Shown: positions 8,951 through 18,574 of the stretch, piece after piece
Layout of the letters: the number at the start of each line of letters is the position of its first letter
Numbering within the stretch: position 1 is the stretch's first letter
Source of the DNA: Flavobacteriales bacterium
GTDB lineage: Bacteria > Bacteroidota > Bacteroidia > Palsa-965
DNA length: 64,000 nt
Assembly: GCA_040377305.1 (NCBI GenBank)
Contig: JBEIPA010000026.1
Coordinates: forward strand, 1-64,000
Direction: 5' to 3'
Made by a program: the position numbers and the translations under genes
Notes under the pieces: generated by a model
The model's input: the letters and a program-made list of their open reading frames with translations, nothing else
Told to the model about the DNA's origin: nothing
Databases searched by the model: none

Positions 8951-9904
8951 ATGGTAAAGAAGATATTAGCTAACGATGGCATTGACAGTGCGGGTAAATC
9001 TATATTAGAGAAAGCCGGATTTACAGTCATCACCGATAAAGTTTCTCAGGATAAACTGCAAGATGCACTCAACGCTGAAAAGTATGTTGCGCTAACCGTT
9101 CGTTCTGCAACGCAAGTTCGTAAAGAATTGATTGATGCGTGTCCTGACCTGAAAGCCATTGCTCGCGGTGGTGTTGGAATGGACAATATCGATGTTGATT
9201 ACGCGAAAGGCAAAGGCATTGAAGTGATCAACACCCCGGCGGCTTCTTCGCACTCGGTTGCAGAACTGGTGTTCGCACATTTGTTTGGCGCAGTTCGTTT
9301 TCTGTATGATTCAAACCGACAGATGCCGGGTCACGGTTCTACTGACTTCGACGCACTGAAGAAGAAATATGCGAAAGGAATCGAGTTGAAAGGCAAGACA
9401 CTTGGAATTGTAGGTCTCGGAAGAATCGGACAGGCCGTTGCGAAAATCGGTCTGGGTCTGGGAATGAAAATCAAAGCTCACGATCCATACATTCAAGCTG
9501 CGTTGATCAATCTGGATATTGATGGAGTAAAAGATCCTGTTCGTGTGAATATTCATACTGTTGAACTCGATGAAGTACTGCAACATTCTGATTTCATCAC
9601 GCTTCACGTTCCGGGTGGAGATGTGATCACTTCGAAAGAAATTGAGAAGATGAAGAAGAATGTGATTCTGGTGAATGCATCTCGTGGCGGCGTAATCGAT
9701 GAGCGCAGCCTGATCAGCGGATTAAATACCGGAAAGATTGCACACGCTTGTCTTGACGTTTTCGTTGGAGAACCGAAACCTTCGAATGAAATTCTGAACC
9801 ATCCGAAAATATCAATGACTCCGCACATTGGTGCAGCAACTGAAGAGGCACAAGAGCGCATTGGAATTGAATTGGCGGAGAAACTAATTGCAGCACTTTC
9901 CTAA
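8951..9904 (+). CDS. serA: D-3-phosphoglycerate dehydrogenase (D-2-hydroxyacid dehydrogenase)
   Basis: RGGVGMDNID, GIVGLGRIG, NASRGG and TPHIGAAT motifs; follows serC. Confidence 0.9.
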   Translation: MVKKILANDGIDSAGKSILEKAGFTVITDKVSQDKLQDALNAEKYVALTVRSATQVRKELIDACPDLKAIARGGVGMDNIDVDYAKGKGIEVINTPAASSHSVAELVFAHLFGAVRFLYDSNRQMPGHGSTDFDALKKKYAKGIELKGKTLGIVGLGRIGQAVAKIGLGLGMKIKAHDPYIQAALINLDIDGVKDPVRVNIHTVELDEVLQHSDFITLHVPGGDVITSKEIEKMKKNVILVNASRGGVIDERSLISGLNTGKIAHACLDVFVGEPKPSNEILNHPKISMTPHIGAATEEAQERIGIELAEKLIAALS

Positions 9905-9958
9905 AAAAATATTCGCTGTATCGCCGTGTCTCTGCGCGGCTGCGGTATATTTGGCATA

Positions 9959-11206
9959 ATGGCTACAATTCTCCCATTCAAAGGCATCCGTCCTACCCGC
10001 GATAAAGTTCAGCTGGTAGCTTCGCGTTCTGTAGACAACTACGGTCGCTCCGATTTGAATGAGAAGTTGCGCACCAATCCATTTTCGTTTCTGCACGTTA
10101 TTCATCCAGACTATAACGACGGACGCAGAACCAAACCCGGTTCACCGGAACGGTTGCGAAAAGTACGCGCGCAATACGATGCATTCCGGAATGAAGGAAT
10201 TTTCGAACGCGATGCACAACCTTGCTATTACGTGTATCGTCAGGAGAAACTCGGCAACACATTCACCGGAATAATTGCCTGCACGTCCATTGACGATTAC
10301 ACAACCGGAGTCATTCGTATTCACGAGCAAACGCTTACGCAACGCGAGCAGAAACTGAAAGAATACCTCGACGTTTGTCAGTTCAATGCTGAGCCCGTTC
10401 TTTTCTGTTATCCTGATCATGCGGGAATAGAAAAGATCATCGCAAAAAAAACTGCGGAACGGGAAGAGTACGATTTCACAACAACAGACCGCGTTCGTCA
10501 CCATCTCTGGGTAATTTCCGATGCGGCTGAAGTTGAAACCGTTCGCCAGCACTTCGCAAGCATTCCAGCCGTGTACATTGCCGACGGACATCATCGATCT
10601 GCATCATCTGCTTTGATGGGGCAAGCGATGCGTGATCAAAATCCGGGTTACACCGGAAATGAACCGTGGAACTTTTATCTCGGTGTCTTCTTTCCTGAGA
10701 CACAAATGAAAATTTTCGATTTCAATCGTGTGGTGAAGGATCTCAACGGTCTTTCCGACGAAGAATTCATCCAGCAACTCGAAAATGATTTCACGATTGT
10801 TCCACACAACCACAACGTTTATCGTCCGGAGAAGAAGCACATTTTCAGTATGTACCTCGGTACAAACTGGTACGAGTTGCGATTGAAAAAGCAAGATGAT
10901 AAGAATGCGGAGCCTGTGAGTACCCTCGACGCATATATTCTTACGCAACGCATCCTCTCTCCTATTCTCGGCATTCACGATTTGAAAACAGATCCACGCA
11001 TAGGTTTCGTTTCCGGAATCAAAGGCGCTGAAGAGCTTAAGAATCAGGTCGACAACTGGAAGTTCAAAGTTGCATTCGGATTGTATCCGGTTCAGATGGA
11101 CGAGTTGAAGCACATTGCTGACACCGGCTCGATTATGCCGCCGAAAACTACGTGGGTTGAGCCCAAAATGCGAAGTGGACTTGTGATTTATTCACTCAAC
11201 GATTAA
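9959..11206 (+). CDS. DUF1015 family protein
   Basis: HEQT, YIADGHHRSAS and MPPKTTWVEPKMRSGL motifs; serC-serA neighbourhood. ATG 9959 follows a TATATTTG box. Confidence 0.9.
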   Translation: MATILPFKGIRPTRDKVQLVASRSVDNYGRSDLNEKLRTNPFSFLHVIHPDYNDGRRTKPGSPERLRKVRAQYDAFRNEGIFERDAQPCYYVYRQEKLGNTFTGIIACTSIDDYTTGVIRIHEQTLTQREQKLKEYLDVCQFNAEPVLFCYPDHAGIEKIIAKKTAEREEYDFTTTDRVRHHLWVISDAAEVETVRQHFASIPAVYIADGHHRSASSALMGQAMRDQNPGYTGNEPWNFYLGVFFPETQMKIFDFNRVVKDLNGLSDEEFIQQLENDFTIVPHNHNVYRPEKKHIFSMYLGTNWYELRLKKQDDKNAEPVSTLDAYILTQRILSPILGIHDLKTDPRIGFVSGIKGAEELKNQVDNWKFKVAFGLYPVQMDELKHIADTGSIMPPKTTWVEPKMRSGLVIYSLND

Positions 11207-11280
11207 ATAATTCCAATCTGCGTAATCTGTCCCGACGGTAAAGGTCGGGACGGCAGATAAACACAGTGTATCTTTGAACC

Positions 11281-11928
11281 ATGTCTTCAATCAAGGAGAA
11301 TTTTCTTCAACTCAAACACCAAATTCCTGAAGGTGTTACACTAATTGCCGTCAGCAAAACAAAATCCATCGAAGAAATTCTCGAAGCATACAATGCCGGT
11401 CAGCGCGATTTTGGCGAAAACCGTGTTCAGGAACTCGTTCCGAAATATGAAGCATTACCCAAAGATATTCGCTGGCATCTCATTGGCCATTTGCAGAGCA
11501 ACAAAGTGAAATACATTGCCTCTTTTGTGCACATGATTCACTCCATCGATAGTGAAAAACTTCTCGCTGAAGTGAACAAGCAGGCAGAAAAATGCAACCG
11601 TGTGATTCCGGTCTTGCTCCAGATCTTCATTGCCCGGGAAGAAACCAAATTCGGATTCTCATTCGAAGAAGCAGAAGCAACTTTAAGAAATGCCTCCGCT
11701 TATCCGAACACAAAAATCGTTGGCTTCATGGGAATGGCAACCAATACTGAAGACATGCAGCAAGTCGCGAAGGAGTTCTCCTCGCTCCACGAATTCTTTT
11801 TCAAACAGAGAACCGAGCACAGAGAACTGAGCACACTTTCCACAGGCATGAGCTCCGACTGGAAACTCGCTGTTCAGAACGGTTCGACCATGGTGAGAGT
11901 TGGTAGCAGCATTTTCGGGACTAGATAA
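11281..11928 (+). CDS. yggS: PLP homeostasis protein YggS
   Basis: LIAVSKTK, FGENRVQE, WHLIGHLQSNK, GMSSD and VRVGSSIFG motifs. Confidence 0.95.
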   Translation: MSSIKENFLQLKHQIPEGVTLIAVSKTKSIEEILEAYNAGQRDFGENRVQELVPKYEALPKDIRWHLIGHLQSNKVKYIASFVHMIHSIDSEKLLAEVNKQAEKCNRVIPVLLQIFIAREETKFGFSFEEAEATLRNASAYPNTKIVGFMGMATNTEDMQQVAKEFSSLHEFFFKQRTEHRELSTLSTGMSSDWKLAVQNGSTMVRVGSSIFGTR

Positions 11929-11980
11929 TTTTTTGACTACCTACTGCCAAAGTGCTTCCTGCCAATTGTAACTTTGCGCC

Positions 11981-12502
11981 ATGTCAAACGAAGCAGCAAA
12001 AAAGAACGAAGCTTTTTTTCATCTCAGTGAAGATTTCAGCAGTGCATATTTCGGAGCGGTTCCGGATAAACTCGCGCGCTCAAAAGATCCTGCTGACGAC
12101 GCAAAGCTGATCAACAACTTCATTGACTTACTTACAAATCCGGATAAAAAGGATTTACGGCCAGATGCACTTGATATTATCCGCAATTCAAAAGGACAGC
12201 AGTTTCTGGTTGATCTCATCGCTTTGCCGCAATATGAAAAGCACCAGCGGGAACTTGTGATGGCGTGCTGGGAGACCGGATTGGACTTTTCTACTCATCT
12301 GATTTTCTTCACAAACTTGGTTGTTAATTGTGGATATCCTGTGGCTTTAGAGGCCATTACTGTAATCGATGAAATGCAGGTTTTAACCGATACTACGAAA
12401 GTTGCAGAGGCCCTAAACATGCTCTCCTCGAATTCACTATCACCTGAAAAACAAGCTCTTGTGTCAGAAACAGTAGCGCGTTTATCCACGGTTGCAGCTT
12501 AA
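11981..12502 (+). CDS. Hypothetical alpha-helical protein
   Basis: 173-aa ORF preceded by a TAACTTTG box; helical pattern (LVMACWETGLDFS). Confidence 0.7.
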   Translation: MSNEAAKKNEAFFHLSEDFSSAYFGAVPDKLARSKDPADDAKLINNFIDLLTNPDKKDLRPDALDIIRNSKGQQFLVDLIALPQYEKHQRELVMACWETGLDFSTHLIFFTNLVVNCGYPVALEAITVIDEMQVLTDTTKVAEALNMLSSNSLSPEKQALVSETVARLSTVAA

Positions 12503-12656
12503 GACGGAAAGTCGAAAATCTTCGAAATTTGGCGGAGGATTGTCTGGGGATTGTCCGGATAGTTATCAAAAATTGTGTTAACTGGTATCTGATTTAATAT
12601 ATTTGCGAATCAGGTCAACACACATTAGTTAACACACAAACTCAAACCCACACATC

Positions 12657-15600
12657 ATGAAGAATGGTTACTTAAACCTAAAAGGTTTAATGTCACTTCT
12701 GATTGTTATGATCATTGGACTTTCCGTTCAAGGGCAAACAACAATCTCAACTACCGGCTTTCTTAATAATAACGGAAGTTCAGTTGTGACATTCAATTTC
12801 GTAAACAACAACGCGTTTCCGGTTCAGATTACGGACCTGGCGTCCATTGCAGGTGCTAACGGAACGAACACTGCCGAGTTGTGGTACAGAACTACAGCTA
12901 TTGCCGGACCTCCCGGAGCAATTAGTGTTCCCAACGGATGGACGATGCATATTTCTGCACCGGTGACAACTATTGCGAATACAACCACCACTGTAACCCA
13001 GCCAATGTTGACGGGCATTAACCTCACCATTCCCGCTGGTTCTACTTATGGATTATGTTTCTCGCTTACCGGTGGCAACCTTCGCTATTCTACAATCCCT
13101 GCTGGAACGTATACATTCAGCGGTGGTGGTTGTGATATTACAACCGGAACAAACCAAGGTTATGGAGGAACGCTGGCTTCTCCGACTAACTCGCCACGTG
13201 GATTCCTTGGTTCGGTAACATTTGCGCCGGTTGCACCATGTGCAGGAACTCCAACTCCAGGCAACACGCTTTCTTCTGCGAATCCGGTATGTCCGAACGC
13301 CAACTTTACATTATCTCTTCAGAACCTTCAAGGAACAGGAACTACATTCCAGTGGCAGTCATCACCTGATGGAATTACGTGGACAAATATCGTTGGCGCT
13401 ACAAACGCCTTGTACACTACCTCAATCACTACTGCAACTTATTATCAGTGTATCGTTACATGTACTAACTCTGGCTTATCTGCCACGTCCACTCCAATTC
13501 TTGTCAACGTTGGATTCTCGGCATCTTGTTATTGCCAGACAATTCCGGCATTTACAGGTGACGAAGAAATTTTCAACGTTACACTCGGAACACTGAACAA
13601 CAACTCTACGTGTGCAACAGTTGCTCCTGGGCCAGGTTCTTTAGCGATGCGTTATGCAAACTACACATCGGGACCCGGCGCTCCTGCAGCACCAAACCTT
13701 ACTCAAGGCATACCATACAGCTTCAACGTGAATGTGAACACGTGTGGAGTTACAAACTTCAATAGCGGTCTTGCAATCTTTATTGATTACAACATTGATG
13801 GTGACTTCACCGATCCAGGCGAGAAGGTCTATACCAACGGTGCACTGGCAAACATCACTTGCGTTCCTGCAACAAACGTTACAGGATCAATTACAGTTCC
13901 GGTGGCTTCTACTCCGGGTACAACTGTAATGCGTGTAATGAATGCAGAGAGTATTTCGGGTGACGCGATTACACCCTGTATGGCGTACAATTACGGTGAA
14001 ACAGAAGATTATCTCGTTACAATCGTGGCTGCTCCTCCAACTGATATTGCGATCACAGGATTTGCACGTCCGCTTACTACAGGATGTTATACATCGGCTG
14101 ACTCCGTTGTAGTAACAATCAGCAACCAAGGTTCAAGTGTTCACGATTTCAGCTTGAACCCAACCACAATCAACGCATCGGTTACAGGCCCGAACGCGAT
14201 GGTGTTCCCTCCTGTAGTCGTAAATACTGGCACTCTGCCAATTGCAGCTTCATTGAACGTTGTAATCACTACAACTTACAACATGTCTGCAGCTGGAACC
14301 TATGGTTTCTCAGCAACTGCAACAACAGTTGGTGATCCAAACCCGGGTAATGATAACGTAGGTCCTACAAACTTCACTTTCTCAGCCGGAACAGCACTCG
14401 CCGCTTCAGGCGGACAAACATGTGCAGGTTCACCAGGAAACGTTTCACTCGTTGGATTAACTCCATCGAATGCTTCTATTCAGTGGCAGGAGTCTCCGAA
14501 CAACATCACGTGGACAAACATTATCGGACAAACTGGTCCAACAATGAACGCGCCTGTACTTGATACGACATTCTATCGCGCTGTTATTTGCGGTGGAATT
14601 ACAAGTGTAAGTGATACGGTGTTTACGATTTCCGTAACTGCTGCAACAACAACGCATGATACTATTTGTGGTTTGGGTACAGCTTCTCTTACTGCTGCCG
14701 GATCAGGTCCGCTTCACTGGTTCACTGCACCGACGGGCGGAACAGAAGTTAATACAGGTACTACATATATGCCCGCAGTAACGGTTAGTGATACCTTCTG
14801 GGTTGAGAACCGTTTCGTGGATTGCGGTGCAGCAGGTGCTCCTGTTACGCCTACATGCTACCCTGCTTACACCAGTTCATGTACCTCTGCCGATTTCATC
14901 AACAATTTCTCTACCACTGGTGGAACAACAAACATCACCAACAACGGTACAGGATGTAATGGAACGCTTCCTACAAACACTACTTTCTTCCCAGCGATGA
15001 ATGTGAGTGTTTCTGCAGGAGCATCATTCAACATCTCTGCACAGTCTGGTGCATCGTGGGGACAAGGTTTCCGTTTGTGGATTGACTACAACAACGATGG
15101 CGATTTCGCTGACGCAGGTGAAGATGTTTGGAACAGTGGTGTTTCCGGCACAGGTGTTTTCACCGGTGTTGTAACTGTACCTTCTAACACTTCTTCTGGT
15201 CCGAAGAGAATGCGTCTCATGTGTCGTTTTGGAACTGTACCGGTTACAACCGACCATTGTTCTACAGGACTTTCATTCGGTGAAGTTGAAGAGTACACAT
15301 TGAATGTTTGCACCATGTGTGCAGCAACACGTGTTCCTTCAATTGTAACAGTGACCGCGCCACCTTCAATTACTGCTGCTACTGCTGCTCCGCTTTATTG
15401 CGACGGCGACACAATCACCATGACTGTTACAAGCAGCAATGCAAACTATGGTTATACCTGGTCACCTTCAACATACTTGAACACTACAACTGGATCTTCA
15501 GTTCAGTCTGTGCCTCCAACCGGATCGTATACGTATTACGTAGACGCTCTTGATGCAGCCACAGGTTGTGCTAACCTCGATTCAGTATCGTTCGACGTAA

Positions 15601-17951
15601 ATCAGAGTCCATCTGTAGTTGCATCTGCAAACCCTAATATGGTTTGTGCAAATACAGCTTCAACACTTAACACAACCGTGAACACAGTGCCGTTTGCAGT
15701 TGATGTAATGGATTCTCAGAATACGACCACCACGTACCCTGCTCCTTATGGAAACTGGTACTGGGGTGCGAAGAACGAATACCTCATCCTTGCTTCTGAA
15801 TTAACAGCTGCTGGTATTTCTGCAGGTCCAATTGACGGATTAAGTTGGGAGGTTCTTGCGTTGACTGCAACACCACTGCAAGGTTTCAGCATCCGTATGG
15901 GTCATTCAACGCTTACTTCGTTGACTACATTCTCTACTGGTACTACAGTCGTGCTTGCGCCAATTGTGTACACGCCGGTAATGGGTGTAAACGTTCACAC
16001 CTTCAACACACCATTCATGTGGAACGGTGTCGACAACATTGTAGTTCAGACATGCTTTAACAACGGTTCATTCACTACGAACTGTGTGATGGCACAAACA
16101 ACAATGCCATATACTGCTTGTGTTTATTATTTCCAGGATGCCGCTGGTGTTTGTCCACAAACCACTCCGAATGGTACAAGCAGCATGCGTCCTACGACAA
16201 CACTTTACGCGCAGTCGAACGCACTCACCTATCTGTGGAATCCTGCAGGTACATTGAGTAGTGCAACAGCATCTGATCCTACTGCAATGCCAACTACAAC
16301 TACTACCTACTCTGTAGTTGTTACAGATCCTGCAACTGGATGTACAGCAACTGACACAACTGTGGTTACAACATTACCAACTCCTGATCCGAACTTCGGT
16401 GCAGATACGGTGATTTGTTCGAATGATTCGTTGACGCTTGATGGATCATTTGGCCCAAGCTACACTTACCTGTGGCAGGATGCTTCAACTGCACAGACAC
16501 TCACGGTAACAGCATTCGGTAACTATTCTGTAGAAGTTACAGATAACGTAAGCGGATGTGTTGGTCGCGATACAATTCTTGTTGGTATCAATGCAGCTCC
16601 ATCATTCACACTTGGCTCTGACGTAACGGTATGTCAAGGCACACAAGTGTCATTCTCGGGTCCTGGTGGTCAGTTTGACTACGCGTGGAGCACACTCGAT
16701 AGCACAATCAGCATCACAACCGGAACTGCAGGTTCATATGACCTCGCAGTAACTGACACAGTGAATGGTTGTACGTCGATGGACACCGTTAACCTGAGCG
16801 TGAATCCTGTTCCTGTTGTTGCTCTTGGTAGCGATACCAGCGTTTGCAGTGCAGATGGATCAGTAACATTATCGGGTCCAGCTGGCAACTTTGAATATCT
16901 GTGGAATACTTCAGACACAACGATGTCAATCACTGTGAACAGTTCGGGTAACTACTTTGTTGTGGTTACTGATACTGCAACAAGTTGTACTGCTGGAGAT
17001 ACGATGTTCCTTACATACAACTCATCGCCGGTTGCAAACCTTGGTAACGACACCACGTTCTGCTCTGCAAACGGACCTATTACACTCGTTGGACCTGCCG
17101 GAACACACTCGTATGTGTGGAACGATATGTCAACAGGTATGACCTTACAGGCCGGCACAACAGGATTGTATTATGTTGATGTGCTTGATACCATTACTGG
17201 TTGTACTACTACAGACAGCATCATGGTGAATGTGCCGACGACTCCATCATTTACATTGGCTGATACTTCGTTCTGCGGAACACAGTTCACGATCAACGGA
17301 CCTGCGGGATCTTATGATTACGATTGGAGTACACTCGATTCAACACAATCGATCACAGTAACTGCGAGCGGTACTTACACGCTTACGGTGACTGACACTA
17401 CTTCAGGCTGTAACTCGAGTGACGTTTCAACTGTGAACATCAACGCAAATCCAACTGTAGCTCTTACTGCTTCAGACAACGTGGTTTGTGAAGATGATGC
17501 GAACGTAATTCTGACTGGTTCACCAAATGGTGGAACTTATACCGGAACTTCTGTTACGGGTAACCAGTTCGATCCATCTGTTGGTGTTGGAACTTATATG
17601 ATGACGTACAACTTCACGGATGTAAATGGTTGTCCTGGTTCCGACACAACTTCGATTGAAGTAACTGCGTGTGTTGGAATCACTGAGCCATTCGCTGGTG
17701 CGGGAATGAACATCTTCCCTAACCCGAACACAGGCAGGTTCACCTTCTTCGCAGCTGACATGAATTGCGCAGAAATGACAATCGAAATCACAACAGTTGA
17801 AGGTCAGACTGTATACTCGAACCAGTACAGCAATGTACAAGGCAACTTCACCCAGGAAATTAACATGGCTGAGTTTGCTAATGGAGTATACTTCATGCGC
17901 GTAACGACAGACGGTGCAGTTTACACGCAGCGTGTTGTGAAACAGGAATAA
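12657..17951 (+). CDS. Large T9SS type A cargo protein with two GEVED domains and Ig-like repeats
   Basis: Signal peptide; IDYNIDGDFTDPGE...YGETEDY and IDYNNDGDFADAGE...FGEVEEY; repeated LGxDTxxC...YxW modules; C-terminal IFPNPNTG...GVYFMRV...VVKQ. Confidence 0.9.
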   Translation: MKNGYLNLKGLMSLLIVMIIGLSVQGQTTISTTGFLNNNGSSVVTFNFVNNNAFPVQITDLASIAGANGTNTAELWYRTTAIAGPPGAISVPNGWTMHISAPVTTIANTTTTVTQPMLTGINLTIPAGSTYGLCFSLTGGNLRYSTIPAGTYTFSGGGCDITTGTNQGYGGTLASPTNSPRGFLGSVTFAPVAPCAGTPTPGNTLSSANPVCPNANFTLSLQNLQGTGTTFQWQSSPDGITWTNIVGATNALYTTSITTATYYQCIVTCTNSGLSATSTPILVNVGFSASCYCQTIPAFTGDEEIFNVTLGTLNNNSTCATVAPGPGSLAMRYANYTSGPGAPAAPNLTQGIPYSFNVNVNTCGVTNFNSGLAIFIDYNIDGDFTDPGEKVYTNGALANITCVPATNVTGSITVPVASTPGTTVMRVMNAESISGDAITPCMAYNYGETEDYLVTIVAAPPTDIAITGFARPLTTGCYTSADSVVVTISNQGSSVHDFSLNPTTINASVTGPNAMVFPPVVVNTGTLPIAASLNVVITTTYNMSAAGTYGFSATATTVGDPNPGNDNVGPTNFTFSAGTALAASGGQTCAGSPGNVSLVGLTPSNASIQWQESPNNITWTNIIGQTGPTMNAPVLDTTFYRAVICGGITSVSDTVFTISVTAATTTHDTICGLGTASLTAAGSGPLHWFTAPTGGTEVNTGTTYMPAVTVSDTFWVENRFVDCGAAGAPVTPTCYPAYTSSCTSADFINNFSTTGGTTNITNNGTGCNGTLPTNTTFFPAMNVSVSAGASFNISAQSGASWGQGFRLWIDYNNDGDFADAGEDVWNSGVSGTGVFTGVVTVPSNTSSGPKRMRLMCRFGTVPVTTDHCSTGLSFGEVEEYTLNVCTMCAATRVPSIVTVTAPPSITAATAAPLYCDGDTITMTVTSSNANYGYTWSPSTYLNTTTGSSVQSVPPTGSYTYYVDALDAATGCANLDSVSFDVNQSPSVVASANPNMVCANTASTLNTTVNTVPFAVDVMDSQNTTTTYPAPYGNWYWGAKNEYLILASELTAAGISAGPIDGLSWEVLALTATPLQGFSIRMGHSTLTSLTTFSTGTTVVLAPIVYTPVMGVNVHTFNTPFMWNGVDNIVVQTCFNNGSFTTNCVMAQTTMPYTACVYYFQDAAGVCPQTTPNGTSSMRPTTTLYAQSNALTYLWNPAGTLSSATASDPTAMPTTTTTYSVVVTDPATGCTATDTTVVTTLPTPDPNFGADTVICSNDSLTLDGSFGPSYTYLWQDASTAQTLTVTAFGNYSVEVTDNVSGCVGRDTILVGINAAPSFTLGSDVTVCQGTQVSFSGPGGQFDYAWSTLDSTISITTGTAGSYDLAVTDTVNGCTSMDTVNLSVNPVPVVALGSDTSVCSADGSVTLSGPAGNFEYLWNTSDTTMSITVNSSGNYFVVVTDTATSCTAGDTMFLTYNSSPVANLGNDTTFCSANGPITLVGPAGTHSYVWNDMSTGMTLQAGTTGLYYVDVLDTITGCTTTDSIMVNVPTTPSFTLADTSFCGTQFTINGPAGSYDYDWSTLDSTQSITVTASGTYTLTVTDTTSGCNSSDVSTVNINANPTVALTASDNVVCEDDANVILTGSPNGGTYTGTSVTGNQFDPSVGVGTYMMTYNFTDVNGCPGSDTTSIEVTACVGITEPFAGAGMNIFPNPNTGRFTFFAADMNCAEMTIEITTVEGQTVYSNQYSNVQGNFTQEINMAEFANGVYFMRVTTDGAVYTQRVVKQE

Positions 17952-17974
17952 TAGATTTCCCCCTCTGAATACAG

Positions 17975-18008
17975 ATCGCGGCTTCCGAAAGGGGCCGCGA
18001 TTTTTTTT
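17975..18008 (+). terminator. Intrinsic terminator
   Basis: TCGCGGCTTC-CGAAA-GGGGCCGCGA followed by T8. Confidence 0.9.
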
Positions 18009-18015
18009 CACGGAA

Positions 18016-18501
18016 TGGAACGCGGATTTAGAAGTACGAAGGTTGTTAGTTTTCCACTCGGATCTGTGCGGTGATTACTTCGACTCTGAATCTGATCTTA
18101 TGAGATAGGTTTCGAACGCGGAATTGGAACGCGGATTTAGAAGTACGAAGGTTGTTAGTTTTCCACTCGGATCAGTGCGGTGATTACTTCGACTCTGAAT
18201 CTGATCTTATGAGATAGGTTTGGAACGCGGAATTGGAACGCGGATTTTCATGTGCGAGGGGTGTTAGTCTTTCCTTCAGATCAGTGTGGTGAGTATGACA
18301 ATTGTGAATTGGATCTTATGAGATAGGTTTGGAACGCGGAATTGGAACGCGGATTTTCATGTGCGAGGGGTGTTAGTCTTTCCTTCAGATTTTTTACCCG
18401 AATCGTCTGTGCGAGCGACTAACACCATCCGCCGCGGCGGAGGGCATTAAAATCCGCGTTCCATTTTCAAATTCCGCGTTCCATTTTCAAATTCCGCGTT
18501 C
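18016..18501. repeat. Tandem array of 109-bp units ending in an inverted copy and 20-bp tandem repeats
   Basis: TGGAACGCGGATTT starts at 18016, 18125, 18234 and 18343. Inverted AAAATCCGCGTTCCA at about 18449-18463, then TCCGCGTTC repeated at a 20-bp period. Confidence 0.9.
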
Positions 18502-18574
18502 TCTTTCGGTTAAAAAATCTGAATCCCGACTCTAACCGCAGTCCATCCGCGAAAGCACATTATCTTTACCTAAA

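Noticed and set aside
12657-17951. Large repeat protein as a toxin or diversity-generating retroelement target
   Set aside because: No toxin or immunity gene, no reverse transcriptase and no template/variable repeat pair seen; it reads as an ordinary GEVED/T9SS adhesin-like protein.
18016-18501. 109-bp array as a CRISPR array
   Set aside because: The variable parts are homologous or identical between units rather than unique spacers, the period is too long, and there are no cas genes in the window.
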